64,000 bases of DNA, taken from the NCBI GenBank assembly GCA_022709425.1, contig JAKLIW010000001.1, positions 17,552 through 81,551 on the forward strand, given 5' to 3'. The stretch comes from a bacterium. Its GTDB lineage: Bacteria; UBP6; UBA1177; JAKLFG01. This document shows, piece after piece, positions 42,154-50,324 of the stretch (positions are counted from its first letter, which is position 1; each line of letters begins with the position of its first letter). Below the pieces are notes generated by a model, which was given only the letters and a program-made list of their open reading frames with translations, was not told where the DNA came from and made no database searches. The position numbers and the translations under genes are program-made.

Positions 42154-43686
42154 TTATTCGGCGACCCGCTTCATGAGCAGGATATCGGCAGATTCATCAT
42201 AGTAGAGCGCCTTATCGGCCTGCGGGCTGGACTGTCCGGTAAGATAGAGTTCTCCCGCCGGTCCGGCGATCACTGCGCCGGCGGTCTCGCTACCCGCATC
42301 ACCGTACAGTTTACTCCACAATTCGACCCCTTCGGCGCTCCATGCCGAAAGAAAGATATCGGCGCCGCCCGCGTTGACCAGAGCATCCCAGACTCCGTAG
42401 GTATGACCCGTCACGAATATCGTTCCCGCATCGTCGATGGTCATGCCGAAGGCCTGTTCGTTGAGCGCGCTACCCCACTGCACCATCCATATCTCACTCC
42501 CGTCAGTGGGATCGATCTTGGAAAGGAACAGGTCGCTTCCCCCCTGAGAACTGCTTCTGTCGAGAGAACCGGAGGTCCCGGCGACATAGACATAACCATT
42601 CCGCGCTACGACCGCTGCCGTGGTCATCGCGCCGCCATCCGGGGTTATCCGCGTCGTCCATTGTTCGATACCGTCGGAGCTCAGCTTGGTAACGAAGGCG
42701 TCATATATCAAATCGCCGGTATTGAGCGGCATGTGCAGATCGATGTTGCCGGCGACATACACCGAACCCGCGTCATCGACCGTCACCGCACTACCGCTAT
42801 CGGCCGCGCCGGTCCCCCATTGCCGGGTCCAGAGTTTGGTCCCCGCCGCATCCCATTTGGTCAGGAAGATATCGCTGCACGGCGGCGCTCCGTAGCCCGA
42901 ATCGCACAGATCGTCCCGCTGGAGCGTGTTGCCGTCGAGCGAACCGTGGGTGTCCCCGGTGACATAGAGTGCGCCGGCACCGTCGATCGCTATGCTGCGG
43001 CCATAGTCCTCCGCAGTCTCCACACCCCACGACCGCATCCAAAGCGACGAACCGTCGGCCGCCCATGCACCAACAAAGATGTCGGGGCAGGGATACAGGT
43101 GACGACCATAGCCGCAGGTATGCAGAGGAGGCTCCGATCCATCGAGCGGCCCGGCGGCCCAACCGGCCACATAAATGGTCCCGTTACCGCCGACCGCCAC
43201 GGCGGCGGCGTTGTCATCATTCTGCGAACCGAACTGCCGGGCCCACACCGGTGTGCCGTCGGAACGCCAATGGGCGATGACCGCGTCGCTGAGACCGACA
43301 CGCGTATTGCCGTCGAGGGTGCTCCACGTCGCACCGGCGACATAGATATCCTCTGCGCCCTTCAGCGCCAATGCGTTACCCACATCGTACGAATCGCTCC
43401 CCCAGCGCACCGTCCACGATTCATCGGAGCCGAAGCCCTCGGCATCGGGAAGTTCACCCCCCTCGCTCAGCAAATCGTCACCCTCGTTTAACAGCGCATC
43501 GCCCTCGCTCAACAACTGATCGCTTTCGCCCGGGTCATCGCCCGACAACATGCTATCGGCATCCTCCGACGCCGCATCGGTATCGACGATAGCGGCATCA
43601 CTATCGGCGGCGTTTTGGGTGGTCGAATTATCACAAGAGATCAGGCCGCAGAGCACAACTACAAAAAGCATTAGGATCTTTTGCAT
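42154..43686 (-). CDS. beta-propeller repeat lipoprotein (SBBP/delta-60-like repeats)
   Basis: Lipobox VVVLCGLISCDNS and an acidic linker. About 8 repeats of the pattern G.iYVAG.t.GsLDG...Gg.DiFl.KwdadGt.lWt.qwG.. Confidence 0.55.
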   Translation of the reverse strand: MQKILMLFVVVLCGLISCDNSTTQNAADSDAAIVDTDAASEDADSMLSGDDPGESDQLLSEGDALLNEGDDLLSEGGELPDAEGFGSDESWTVRWGSDSYDVGNALALKGAEDIYVAGATWSTLDGNTRVGLSDAVIAHWRSDGTPVWARQFGSQNDDNAAAVAVGGNGTIYVAGWAAGPLDGSEPPLHTCGYGRHLYPCPDIFVGAWAADGSSLWMRSWGVETAEDYGRSIAIDGAGALYVTGDTHGSLDGNTLQRDDLCDSGYGAPPCSDIFLTKWDAAGTKLWTRQWGTGAADSGSAVTVDDAGSVYVAGNIDLHMPLNTGDLIYDAFVTKLSSDGIEQWTTRITPDGGAMTTAAVVARNGYVYVAGTSGSLDRSSSQGGSDLFLSKIDPTDGSEIWMVQWGSALNEQAFGMTIDDAGTIFVTGHTYGVWDALVNAGGADIFLSAWSAEGVELWSKLYGDAGSETAGAVIAGPAGELYLTGQSSPQADKALYYDESADILLMKRVAE

Positions 43687-43765
43687 GGCAGACTCCCCCA
43701 ACAGACAACAACAACTCATCGTAGCGGTATAGACCTTTTCGGTAGAGAAAAGGTTCTTTCTGAGG

Positions 43766-43830
43766 GTGAAAAAAACGGGGGGTCTTGCGACCCCCCGGAA
43801 CCTTCCGGTCCCTTGTCAAAGGGACCTTGA
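43766..43830 (-). terminator. tandem hairpins plus U-tract terminator downstream of gdhA
   Basis: On the minus strand: GGTCCCTTTGACAAGGGACC ... CGGGGGGTCGCAAGACCCCCCG TTTTTTTCACCC. Two GC hairpins, the second followed by a T7 tract. Confidence 0.55.
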
Positions 43831-43841
43831 CGGGATTTTAA

Positions 43842-45188
43842 TTACACGAGACCCTGATCGATCATCGCGTTGGCGACCTTCTTGAAGCCGGCGATGTTCG
43901 CGCCGACGACATAGTTGCCCTCAAAGCCGTATTCCTTCCCCGCATTGACGCAGGCGGCGTGGATGTTGATCATGATCTGGTGGAGTTTCTGGTCGACCTC
44001 TTCGCGGGTCCAGCCCAGACGCATCGAGTTCTGAGACATCTCAAGGCCGCTGGTCGCGACACCGCCGGCGTTGGAAGCCTTGCCGGGGGCGAAAAGTATC
44101 TTCTTCTCGGTGAAGAGTTTGACCGCCTCGAGCGTGGAGGACATATTGGAACCTTCGACCACGACCTTACAGCCGTTCTTTATGAGGGTCGCGGCATTCT
44201 TGTCGTCCAGTTCGTTCTGGATGGCGCACGGAAGAGCCACATCGACCGCCACTTCCCACGGCCGTTTCCCGGCGTGGAATTCGGCGCCTTTGAACTTCTT
44301 CGCGTAGTCCTCGACCTTGTCGCGGCCGCTGGCGCGCATCTCGAGCATATACTCTATCTTCTCGCCGCTCACGCCGTCCTTATCGTAGATATAGCCGTCG
44401 GGACCGGAGATGGTCACGACCTTGGCGCCCAGATCGTTCGCCTTGATGGCGGCGCCCCACGCGACATTGCCGAAGCCCGATATCGCGACCTTCTTGCCCT
44501 TCAGGCTGTCGCCCTTGGATTTATAGATCTCTTCCGCGAAGTAGACCACGCCGAAGCCGGTCGCTTCGGGACGAACGAGCGAGCCGCCCCAGTTGAGCCC
44601 CTTGCCGGTCAGCACGCCGGTGAACTCGTTGGCGAGCCGTTTGTACTGGCCGAACATATAGCCGACCTCGCGGCCGCCCACGCCGATATCGCCCGCCGGG
44701 ACATCGGTGTCGGGACCGATGTGGCGGAACAGTTCGGTCATGAACGACTGGCAGAAACGCATCACTTCACCGTCGGACTTGCCGTTCGGGTTGAAGTCGG
44801 AGCCGCCCTTGCCGCCGCCCATGGGGAGGCCGGTGAGGGAGTTCTTGAATATCTGTTCGAAACCGAGGAACTTGAGGGTGGAAAGGGTCACATTGGGGTG
44901 GAAGCGGATGCCGCCTTTGTAGGGGCCGATGGCGCTGTTGAACTGTACGCGATAGGCGCGGTTGACCTGAAACTCGCCCTTGTCGTCGATCCACGGGACG
45001 CGGAACATGATGGTGCGTTCCGGCTCCACGATGCGCTCAAGGATCTTGTGGGCTTTGTACTTCGGTTCGCGCTCGACGATCGGGGTAAGCGAATCGAGCA
45101 CCTCTTCAGCGGCCTGCAGGAACTCCTTCTCCCAGTGATACCGGGTCTTGAGGTCGTTGAGGACCGCGCTCACATAACTGTTCATCAT
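43842..45188 (-). CDS. gdhA: NADP-specific glutamate dehydrogenase
   Basis: GLPMGGGKGGSDFNPNGKSD (Lys active-site glycine-rich motif) and Rossmann GFGNVAWGAA. Probable start MMNSYVSAVLNDL with GGAGGA upstream. Confidence 0.85.
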   Translation of the reverse strand: MMNSYVSAVLNDLKTRYHWEKEFLQAAEEVLDSLTPIVEREPKYKAHKILERIVEPERTIMFRVPWIDDKGEFQVNRAYRVQFNSAIGPYKGGIRFHPNVTLSTLKFLGFEQIFKNSLTGLPMGGGKGGSDFNPNGKSDGEVMRFCQSFMTELFRHIGPDTDVPAGDIGVGGREVGYMFGQYKRLANEFTGVLTGKGLNWGGSLVRPEATGFGVVYFAEEIYKSKGDSLKGKKVAISGFGNVAWGAAIKANDLGAKVVTISGPDGYIYDKDGVSGEKIEYMLEMRASGRDKVEDYAKKFKGAEFHAGKRPWEVAVDVALPCAIQNELDDKNAATLIKNGCKVVVEGSNMSSTLEAVKLFTEKKILFAPGKASNAGGVATSGLEMSQNSMRLGWTREEVDQKLHQIMINIHAACVNAGKEYGFEGNYVVGANIAGFKKVANAMIDQGLV

Positions 45189-45399
45189 ATCCTCCAGAAA
45201 AAAAACAATTAAACATCCGCACACGCGGAAGCCGCTTCCACTTAACCCTCTTTTATATATATTGTCAAGCAAAATTTTAGGAAACTGTTAGTAAGTTTTT
45301 CCTTTGTGATTTCAATGGGTGTTGAAAAAATCGCGGTTTTTTTTGCTTGTTTCACAAAATACCTCAATAAATAGACGGAGAACGGTTCACTAAAGGAGC

Positions 45400-46011
45400 A
45401 TGAAGGCTGTGGCGCAGATCACACACCCGGTTCTTGGAGAAATGAAGGATGAGGCCCTGCTTGACTTGGCTCTGAACAAGAACCAAGGGGCATGGCGGGA
45501 GCTGGTACGGCGCTACCACGGCAAGGTGAGCGCGACGGTGTACCGGATCTACGGATCGAAACCGGAGGCGGAGGATATCGTGCAGGAGATTTTCATCGAA
45601 CTCGCTAAATCGGCGAAGAATTTCCGGCGCGACGCCTCTTTCTCGACCTTCCTGTACCGCATATCGGTCAATACCGCATACCGCTACATTAAGCGGCACA
45701 AGGACCCGAGCATCATTTCCCAACCGATAGAATTTTTCGCCAACCTCGCCTCCGGGCAGGAAAAAGAGAAAGAGGAGTCGCCCGCGGCGGCGCTTATGGC
45801 GACCGAAAGTCATGAACAGGTGCATGAGGCGCTCGGCAAGATATCGGCCGAGAAACGGATGGCGCTGGTGATGTTCGAGATCGAGGGATTGACCCTCAAA
45901 GAGATAGCGGAACTCCTGAAGGTACCGTTGCAGACGGTGTGGTCACGCGTCTACAACGGCCGGAAGGATATGGCACGATTACTAACTAAAGCATACGGCA
46001 CGGCGTCATGA
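45400..46011 (+). CDS. ECF-type RNA polymerase sigma factor (sigma-70 region 2/4)
   Basis: Region 2 (VQEIFIELAKSAKNFRRDASFSTFLYRISVNTAYR) and region 4 HTH (LTLKEIAELLKVPLQTVWSRVYNGRKDM). Confidence 0.8.
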   Translation: MKAVAQITHPVLGEMKDEALLDLALNKNQGAWRELVRRYHGKVSATVYRIYGSKPEAEDIVQEIFIELAKSAKNFRRDASFSTFLYRISVNTAYRYIKRHKDPSIISQPIEFFANLASGQEKEKEESPAAALMATESHEQVHEALGKISAEKRMALVMFEIEGLTLKEIAELLKVPLQTVWSRVYNGRKDMARLLTKAYGTAS

Positions 46012-47165
46012 ACGAAAAACATCTTTCCATCGCGGAGCTTACCGCTCTGACCGAACGGGGCGCGGAACTCACCCCGGAGATGGCGGAACATCTCGACCGG
46101 TGCGCCGAATGCGCCGATCTGCTGGAACGGCATCTCGCCGCCGAACCGCTATTGACCCTCGCGGCGGCCGACGACGCGGCGATAGACCGTATCGCGGCGC
46201 GGAGCTTCGGCTACCTTGCGGATGAGAAGCCCGGCTTCTTCGCGGCGCTCTTCACCCTGCCCCGCATCGCGCTCGGCGCGGCGGCGGCGCTCGTGATCGT
46301 CGCGGCCTACTTCGGGTTCGCCACCAGTACCACCACCGACGAGTCGAAGTTCGTCGATAACGATCCGGCCCCCAAGACCGCCCCGGCGCTCGACGCCACT
46401 CCGCGCGCTTTCGCCGACGGCGTCGCGATAGCCCACGGCCGCGCCGCCCTAACGGTCAAGGGAACCGCCACGCTTGCCGCCGACGGCGCCGAAACGCTGC
46501 GTCTCGCGAAAGGCACCGTCGAGGTATCCATAGAGAAAGGGAATGATTTCATCATCCATACCGCCGACCGCTATATGGTCCGCGTGCTCGGCACCCGCTT
46601 CACGCTCGACACCGACGGCGTGAAACTCACCGTGACGGTCACCGAAGGGCTGGTCGAGGTGATCGACGGCCGCTCCAACGACTCGGTCGCTCTCTCCGGC
46701 GGCATGTCGCGCACCTTCGCCGACGAACCGAAGGCGGTTGTAGCGATCCCGAAGGAACACCGCGCGATCAAGGCGACGGTTCCGGAACCGGTCGCCGTCG
46801 AGCCCGCCTCGTTCCTGAAAATGGGCCGCGGCGCGCTCAAGGCCAACGATGCGACCACGGCGATGGGCTGGTTCGAAAAGGAACTCGCCGAGGGCGCCGA
46901 GAAAGACAAGGCGCTCTTCGAGATCGTGCGGCTCCATGAGAAGGAGGGCCGTTTCGGCGACATCCTCGCGGTGCTCAAAGCGCACGGCGAGATCGTGGAC
47001 GGCGGTTCGGTATTTCGCGAAGAACTGCTCATCAAAGGGTGCAAGGCCGAGGTGAAGCAGAGCATCGGAACCCTTCCTTCGTGCAGAAAATACTTGCAGG
47101 TTTTCCCCGCCGGATATAAAAAGGACGAGATCCGCGACCTTCTGGAGAATGGTGATGCGCGCTGA
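46008..47165 (+). CDS. anti-sigma factor (zinc-finger N-terminus, single TM, periplasmic FecR domain + TPR-like tail)
   Basis: Start overlaps the sigma-factor stop (ATGA). HLDRCAECADL zinc-finger-like N-terminus, TM LPRIALGAAAALVIVAAYFGF, and FecR-like VRVLGTRFTLDTDGVKLTVTVTEGLVEVID. Confidence 0.65.
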   Translation: MNEKHLSIAELTALTERGAELTPEMAEHLDRCAECADLLERHLAAEPLLTLAAADDAAIDRIAARSFGYLADEKPGFFAALFTLPRIALGAAAALVIVAAYFGFATSTTTDESKFVDNDPAPKTAPALDATPRAFADGVAIAHGRAALTVKGTATLAADGAETLRLAKGTVEVSIEKGNDFIIHTADRYMVRVLGTRFTLDTDGVKLTVTVTEGLVEVIDGRSNDSVALSGGMSRTFADEPKAVVAIPKEHRAIKATVPEPVAVEPASFLKMGRGALKANDATTAMGWFEKELAEGAEKDKALFEIVRLHEKEGRFGDILAVLKAHGEIVDGGSVFREELLIKGCKAEVKQSIGTLPSCRKYLQVFPAGYKKDEIRDLLENGDAR

Positions 47166-47883
47166 CATCGCGATCATAGCGGCGCTTCTAGCGCTTTTAC
47201 TTGTCGCCTCGTGCGAACAGGTCATCGAACTCGACAAGAGTCTTTCCGGCGCAGAGGGAAGCAGCACCGATGATCAGAAAGACACCGCCGACGGCACCGG
47301 CGGCAACCCCGCCGAAGATATCGCCGAAGGGCCCGACTCTCCGGGCAACGGCGCCTATAACGACTCGGCGGCCAGCGCCGACACCGCCGCACCAGCGACC
47401 GATGACTACAACAATCAGGACGGCGCCGATGACGAGATGGCCGCCGACAACGCCACGATGCCCGACACCGCAGTTTCCGACGACGCCGAAGTAAGCGACG
47501 ACGACCCGACCTCGTCGTTCTCGGCCGCCGACTGTGCCTGCGGCGATGATCCGCTCTACGAACCGGTCTGCTGCGACGGCGTGACGACCGTTTTCAACAC
47601 CTGCTTCGCCAATTGCCTTAACTACCATACCGGACAGTGCGCCTCACAGCAGAACGGGACCTGCGCCACGCAAGGAGGCGAGAACGACGCCGACACCGAT
47701 ACGGCATCCTCCCCCGACGACGATGCCGTTGTCGAAACGCCCGACGACGATTCCATAACGGTCGGCGGCTGCGGCTGTGTGCCGACCGATATGAACGCGT
47801 GGTGCTGTGACGGCGGAACGCGCTATATCAGCGAGTGTACGGCGACCTGTGAATGCGAAGGGGCCGCCGCCCCCTGCGACTGA
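47149..47883 (+). CDS. secreted lipoprotein with two Kazal-like protease-inhibitor domains and an acidic linker
   Basis: Lipobox LLLVASCEQ. YEPVCCDGVTTVFNTCFANC and AWCCDGGTRYISECTATCEC fit the Kazal P-V-C-x-x-D-G-x-T-Y-x-N-x-C-x-x-x-C pattern. The internal motif GGCGCVP resembles the C-terminal tag found elsewhere in the window. Confidence 0.5.
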   Translation: MVMRADIAIIAALLALLLVASCEQVIELDKSLSGAEGSSTDDQKDTADGTGGNPAEDIAEGPDSPGNGAYNDSAASADTAAPATDDYNNQDGADDEMAADNATMPDTAVSDDAEVSDDDPTSSFSAADCACGDDPLYEPVCCDGVTTVFNTCFANCLNYHTGQCASQQNGTCATQGGENDADTDTASSPDDDAVVETPDDDSITVGGCGCVPTDMNAWCCDGGTRYISECTATCECEGAAAPCD

Positions 47884-47898
47884 TATCCGGGAGGATCT

Positions 47899-48379
47899 CA
47901 TGACGAAAGGTTTTTACAAACTCATGTGCTTCGCGACGGCCGCCGCGATGTCGATCATCGGTTGCGGCCCCGAGAACGATCCTCCGCTCGAGTACGGCCC
48001 CGGTCCGACCGATTACGATCAGTACCAGACCGACAACGACGAATACACCGACGCCACCAAATACGGTATCGCCGACACCGATTTCGCACCGGCCGACGCC
48101 GACGAACCGATCATCTCCGACGACCCAGCCATGGAATACGGCCCGGTACAGACCGACTACGATAATTTCCCCAGCGACTTCGACACCCTTTACGGCCCCC
48201 CCGACACCGATTACGCCGACGCCGACGAACCGATCATCTCCGACGACCCAGCCATGGAATACGGTCCGGTGCAGACCGACTATGACGAACTGGCGACCGA
48301 CGCCGACGCGATCATCGAACAGCCCGACGAAATGACCACCGACTACGGCCCGATATCGCGGCCCTTCGTCAAGAAATGA
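47899..48379 (+). CDS. acidic tandem-repeat lipoprotein (EYGPxxTDYD repeats)
   Basis: Lipobox MSIIGCGPEN. Repeats ...EYGPGPTDYDQYQTDNDEYTDA... plus two near-identical 123-nt units (48092-48214 / 48215-48337) encoding ADADEPIISDDPAMEYGPVQTDYD. The stop overlaps the next gene's start. Confidence 0.55.
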
Positions 48380-49464
48380 GCATCAAGCGCGTCGCCAAGC
48401 GGGCGCTGCTCCCCTTAAAACAGCACTACGAGCGGAAACTCCATGAATTGCGCTACATCTTCTTTGAGTTGACCCACCGCTGCAATATCGCCTGCATCCA
48501 CTGCGGTAGCGACTGCCAGAAGAACGACACCCTGCCCGACCTCCCCGCCGACAAGATACTCGAGACGCTCGACGGCATCAAGACGAAGTACGATTCCCAC
48601 AAGGTGATGATCGTCCTCTCGGGCGGCGAACCGACGATATATCCCGGCGTCTGGGACCTCGGCAAGGAGATCATCAAGCGCGAATTCCCGTGGGGGATGG
48701 TCACCAACGGCTACGCGTGGGACACCGAGATGATCAAGAAGGCCAAAGAGGCGCGGATGCATTCGGTCACCGTATCGCTCGACGGCCTTGAAGAGACCCA
48801 CAACTGGCTGCGCGGCGACAAAAAATCGTTCCGCAAAGCGGTGAACGCCATAGAACTGCTCCTCAAGAACCCCTTCTACCGCGTGATGGATGTCATCACC
48901 TGCGTCAACAAGCGCAACATCGGCGAACTCGATAAGATATACGACCTCGTGAAATCGATGGGGCTCAAACGGTGGCGCTTCTTCACCATCTCCCCCATTG
49001 GCCGCGCGGTGCAGACCCCGGATCTGTTCCTCGGCAAAGAGGATTTTCATTATCTCATGCAGAAGATAATCGCCTACCGCAAAAAGCCGGGGATGAAGGT
49101 CACCTACTCCGAATCGGGCTATCTCGGCTGTTACGAACACCGCGTCCGCGGCCACGACTGGTTCTGCCGCGCCGGGGTCAATGTCGCGGGGATCATGGTC
49201 AACGGCGATATACTCGCCTGCCCCAATATCGACCGCCGCTTCAAGCAGGGCAATGTCTTCGAACAGCCATTCATCGATGTCTGGGAGCACGGCTACAAGG
49301 AATTCCGCGACCGCAAATGGATGCGGACCGGCGACTGCGTGAAGTGTCCCGAATGGCGGCTGTGTCAGGGAAATCCGATGCACCTGTGGGACCTCGACAC
49401 CAACCGAACGAAGCTCTGCCATCTGAAGCAGTTCGAACTCGACCGGCCGATCGTCGGCACATGA
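48376..49464 (+). CDS. radical SAM / SPASM-domain peptide-modifying enzyme (second copy, different subfamily)
   Basis: CxxxCxxC (HRCNIACIHCGSDC), SAM glycine motif (LSGGEPT), and C-terminal SPASM Cys cluster (CRAGVNVAGIMVNGDILACPNI...GDCVKCPEWRLCQGNPMH). Confidence 0.8.
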   Translation: MSIKRVAKRALLPLKQHYERKLHELRYIFFELTHRCNIACIHCGSDCQKNDTLPDLPADKILETLDGIKTKYDSHKVMIVLSGGEPTIYPGVWDLGKEIIKREFPWGMVTNGYAWDTEMIKKAKEARMHSVTVSLDGLEETHNWLRGDKKSFRKAVNAIELLLKNPFYRVMDVITCVNKRNIGELDKIYDLVKSMGLKRWRFFTISPIGRAVQTPDLFLGKEDFHYLMQKIIAYRKKPGMKVTYSESGYLGCYEHRVRGHDWFCRAGVNVAGIMVNGDILACPNIDRRFKQGNVFEQPFIDVWEHGYKEFRDRKWMRTGDCVKCPEWRLCQGNPMHLWDLDTNRTKLCHLKQFELDRPIVGT

Positions 49465-49543
49465 CAAAAAACTGAAAAAAATCTGGTTTTTTTTGTCCGA
49501 AAAGGCATTATGCGTCGATTGTTTTTTTGAGCACCGTCGCCCT

Positions 49544-49618
49544 ATGAAGAATCGCCTGCTCGCGCTGGTCAAACGGACCGTCACCAGCAACGGCTGCGGC
49601 TGTTCGGTGTTGTTCTAG
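49544..49618 (+). CDS. 24-aa peptide MKNRLLALVKRTVTSNGCGCSVLF (candidate RiPP precursor / tag-only ORF)
   Basis: ATG 80 nt downstream of the SPASM gene stop. Ends in the same GCGCS-hydrophobic-F C-terminus as the 310-aa and 968-aa proteins. The first 12 codons and the upstream leader are duplicated at 53258-53374. Confidence 0.4.
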   Translation: MKNRLLALVKRTVTSNGCGCSVLF

Positions 49619-49702
49619 GGCGCAATTCTCTTCGGAAAATCACCTCCGTCTTGACATCATATCGTCCGTTGGTACAATGGGCCGGAACCGGGAGAGGGAC
49701 CG

Positions 49703-50014
49703 ATGAAACTCGCCGACATCTTGGACGCCATTGCCAAAGAACATTACCGGGTCACCGAACACGCCGATGACGAGGCGCAGAACGACCGGCTTTTGTACGA
49801 GGACATCTTCGAGTCGGTCCTGCACGGCGAGATCATCGAGGAATACCCGAAAGACAAGCCCTGTCCGAGCATCCTCATAGCGGGAAAGAACTACCGCGAA
49901 GAGCCGATACATTCGGTGTGGGGATACAACGAAGAGAACGGGTACGCGATACTCATAACGGTGTATCGTCCCGATCCGAAGCGGTGGATAGAGAACAAGA
50001 AGCGGAGGAAATAG
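49703..50014 (+). CDS. DUF4258-family toxin-like protein
   Basis: 103 aa with ...HADDEA...EEYPKDKPCPSILIAGKNYREEPIHSVWGYNEENGYAILITVYRPDPKRW, matching the DUF4258 consensus (HVV...VITVY.PD..W). Followed 2 nt later by a YgiT zinc-finger gene. Confidence 0.6.
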   Translation: MKLADILDAIAKEHYRVTEHADDEAQNDRLLYEDIFESVLHGEIIEEYPKDKPCPSILIAGKNYREEPIHSVWGYNEENGYAILITVYRPDPKRWIENKKRRK

Positions 50015-50016
50015 CC

Positions 50017-50259
50017 ATGCTTCCTTTCAAAAAATGTCCGACCTGCGGCGGCGCCGTGGTGAAGAAAGAGGTCGAGAAGATCGTCAAGGGCGGTAACGAC
50101 ACCGCCGTGCTCAAGGTGGTCGCCGAGGTCTGCGAGAAATGCGGTGAGCGACTTTACACACCGGCGCAGGTGAAACGGTTCGAAGCGTTCCGCAAGATGC
50201 TGTTCCAGAAAAAGCCGGTCGGGCTTAAAGCGGTCGGCCGCTCCTATGTCACGGCATAA
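50017..50259 (+). CDS. YgiT-type zinc-finger protein (MqsA-family antitoxin-like)
   Basis: MLPFKKCPTCGGAVVKK...VVAEVCEKCGERLYTP: a CxxC...CxxC zinc ribbon typical of the YgiT/MqsA N-terminal domain. 80 aa. Confidence 0.6.
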   Translation: MLPFKKCPTCGGAVVKKEVEKIVKGGNDTAVLKVVAEVCEKCGERLYTPAQVKRFEAFRKMLFQKKPVGLKAVGRSYVTA

Positions 50260-50324
50260 TCGACTTCATCTTTCAATTTGACAATCTTTCCGATTTCTGA
50301 TTAAATCCAGCAGAATATCTTTCA

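Noticed and set aside
36907-43823. Identical 13-mer CTTGTCAAAGGGA at 36907-36919 and 43811-43823
   Set aside because: Both occurrences are halves of local hairpins (AAAGGG...CCCTTT; GGTCCCTT...AGGGACC) in different functional contexts (divergent promoter region versus gdhA terminator). No flanking similarity supports a shared element, so it is probably coincidental.
47899-48379. Tandem 123-nt near-identical repeats and other acidic repeats considered as a possible CRISPR or satellite array
   Set aside because: The repeats are in-frame within ORFs encoding acidic DYD-type protein repeats, with no repeat-spacer periodicity, no cas genes and no leader. They are coding tandem repeats.
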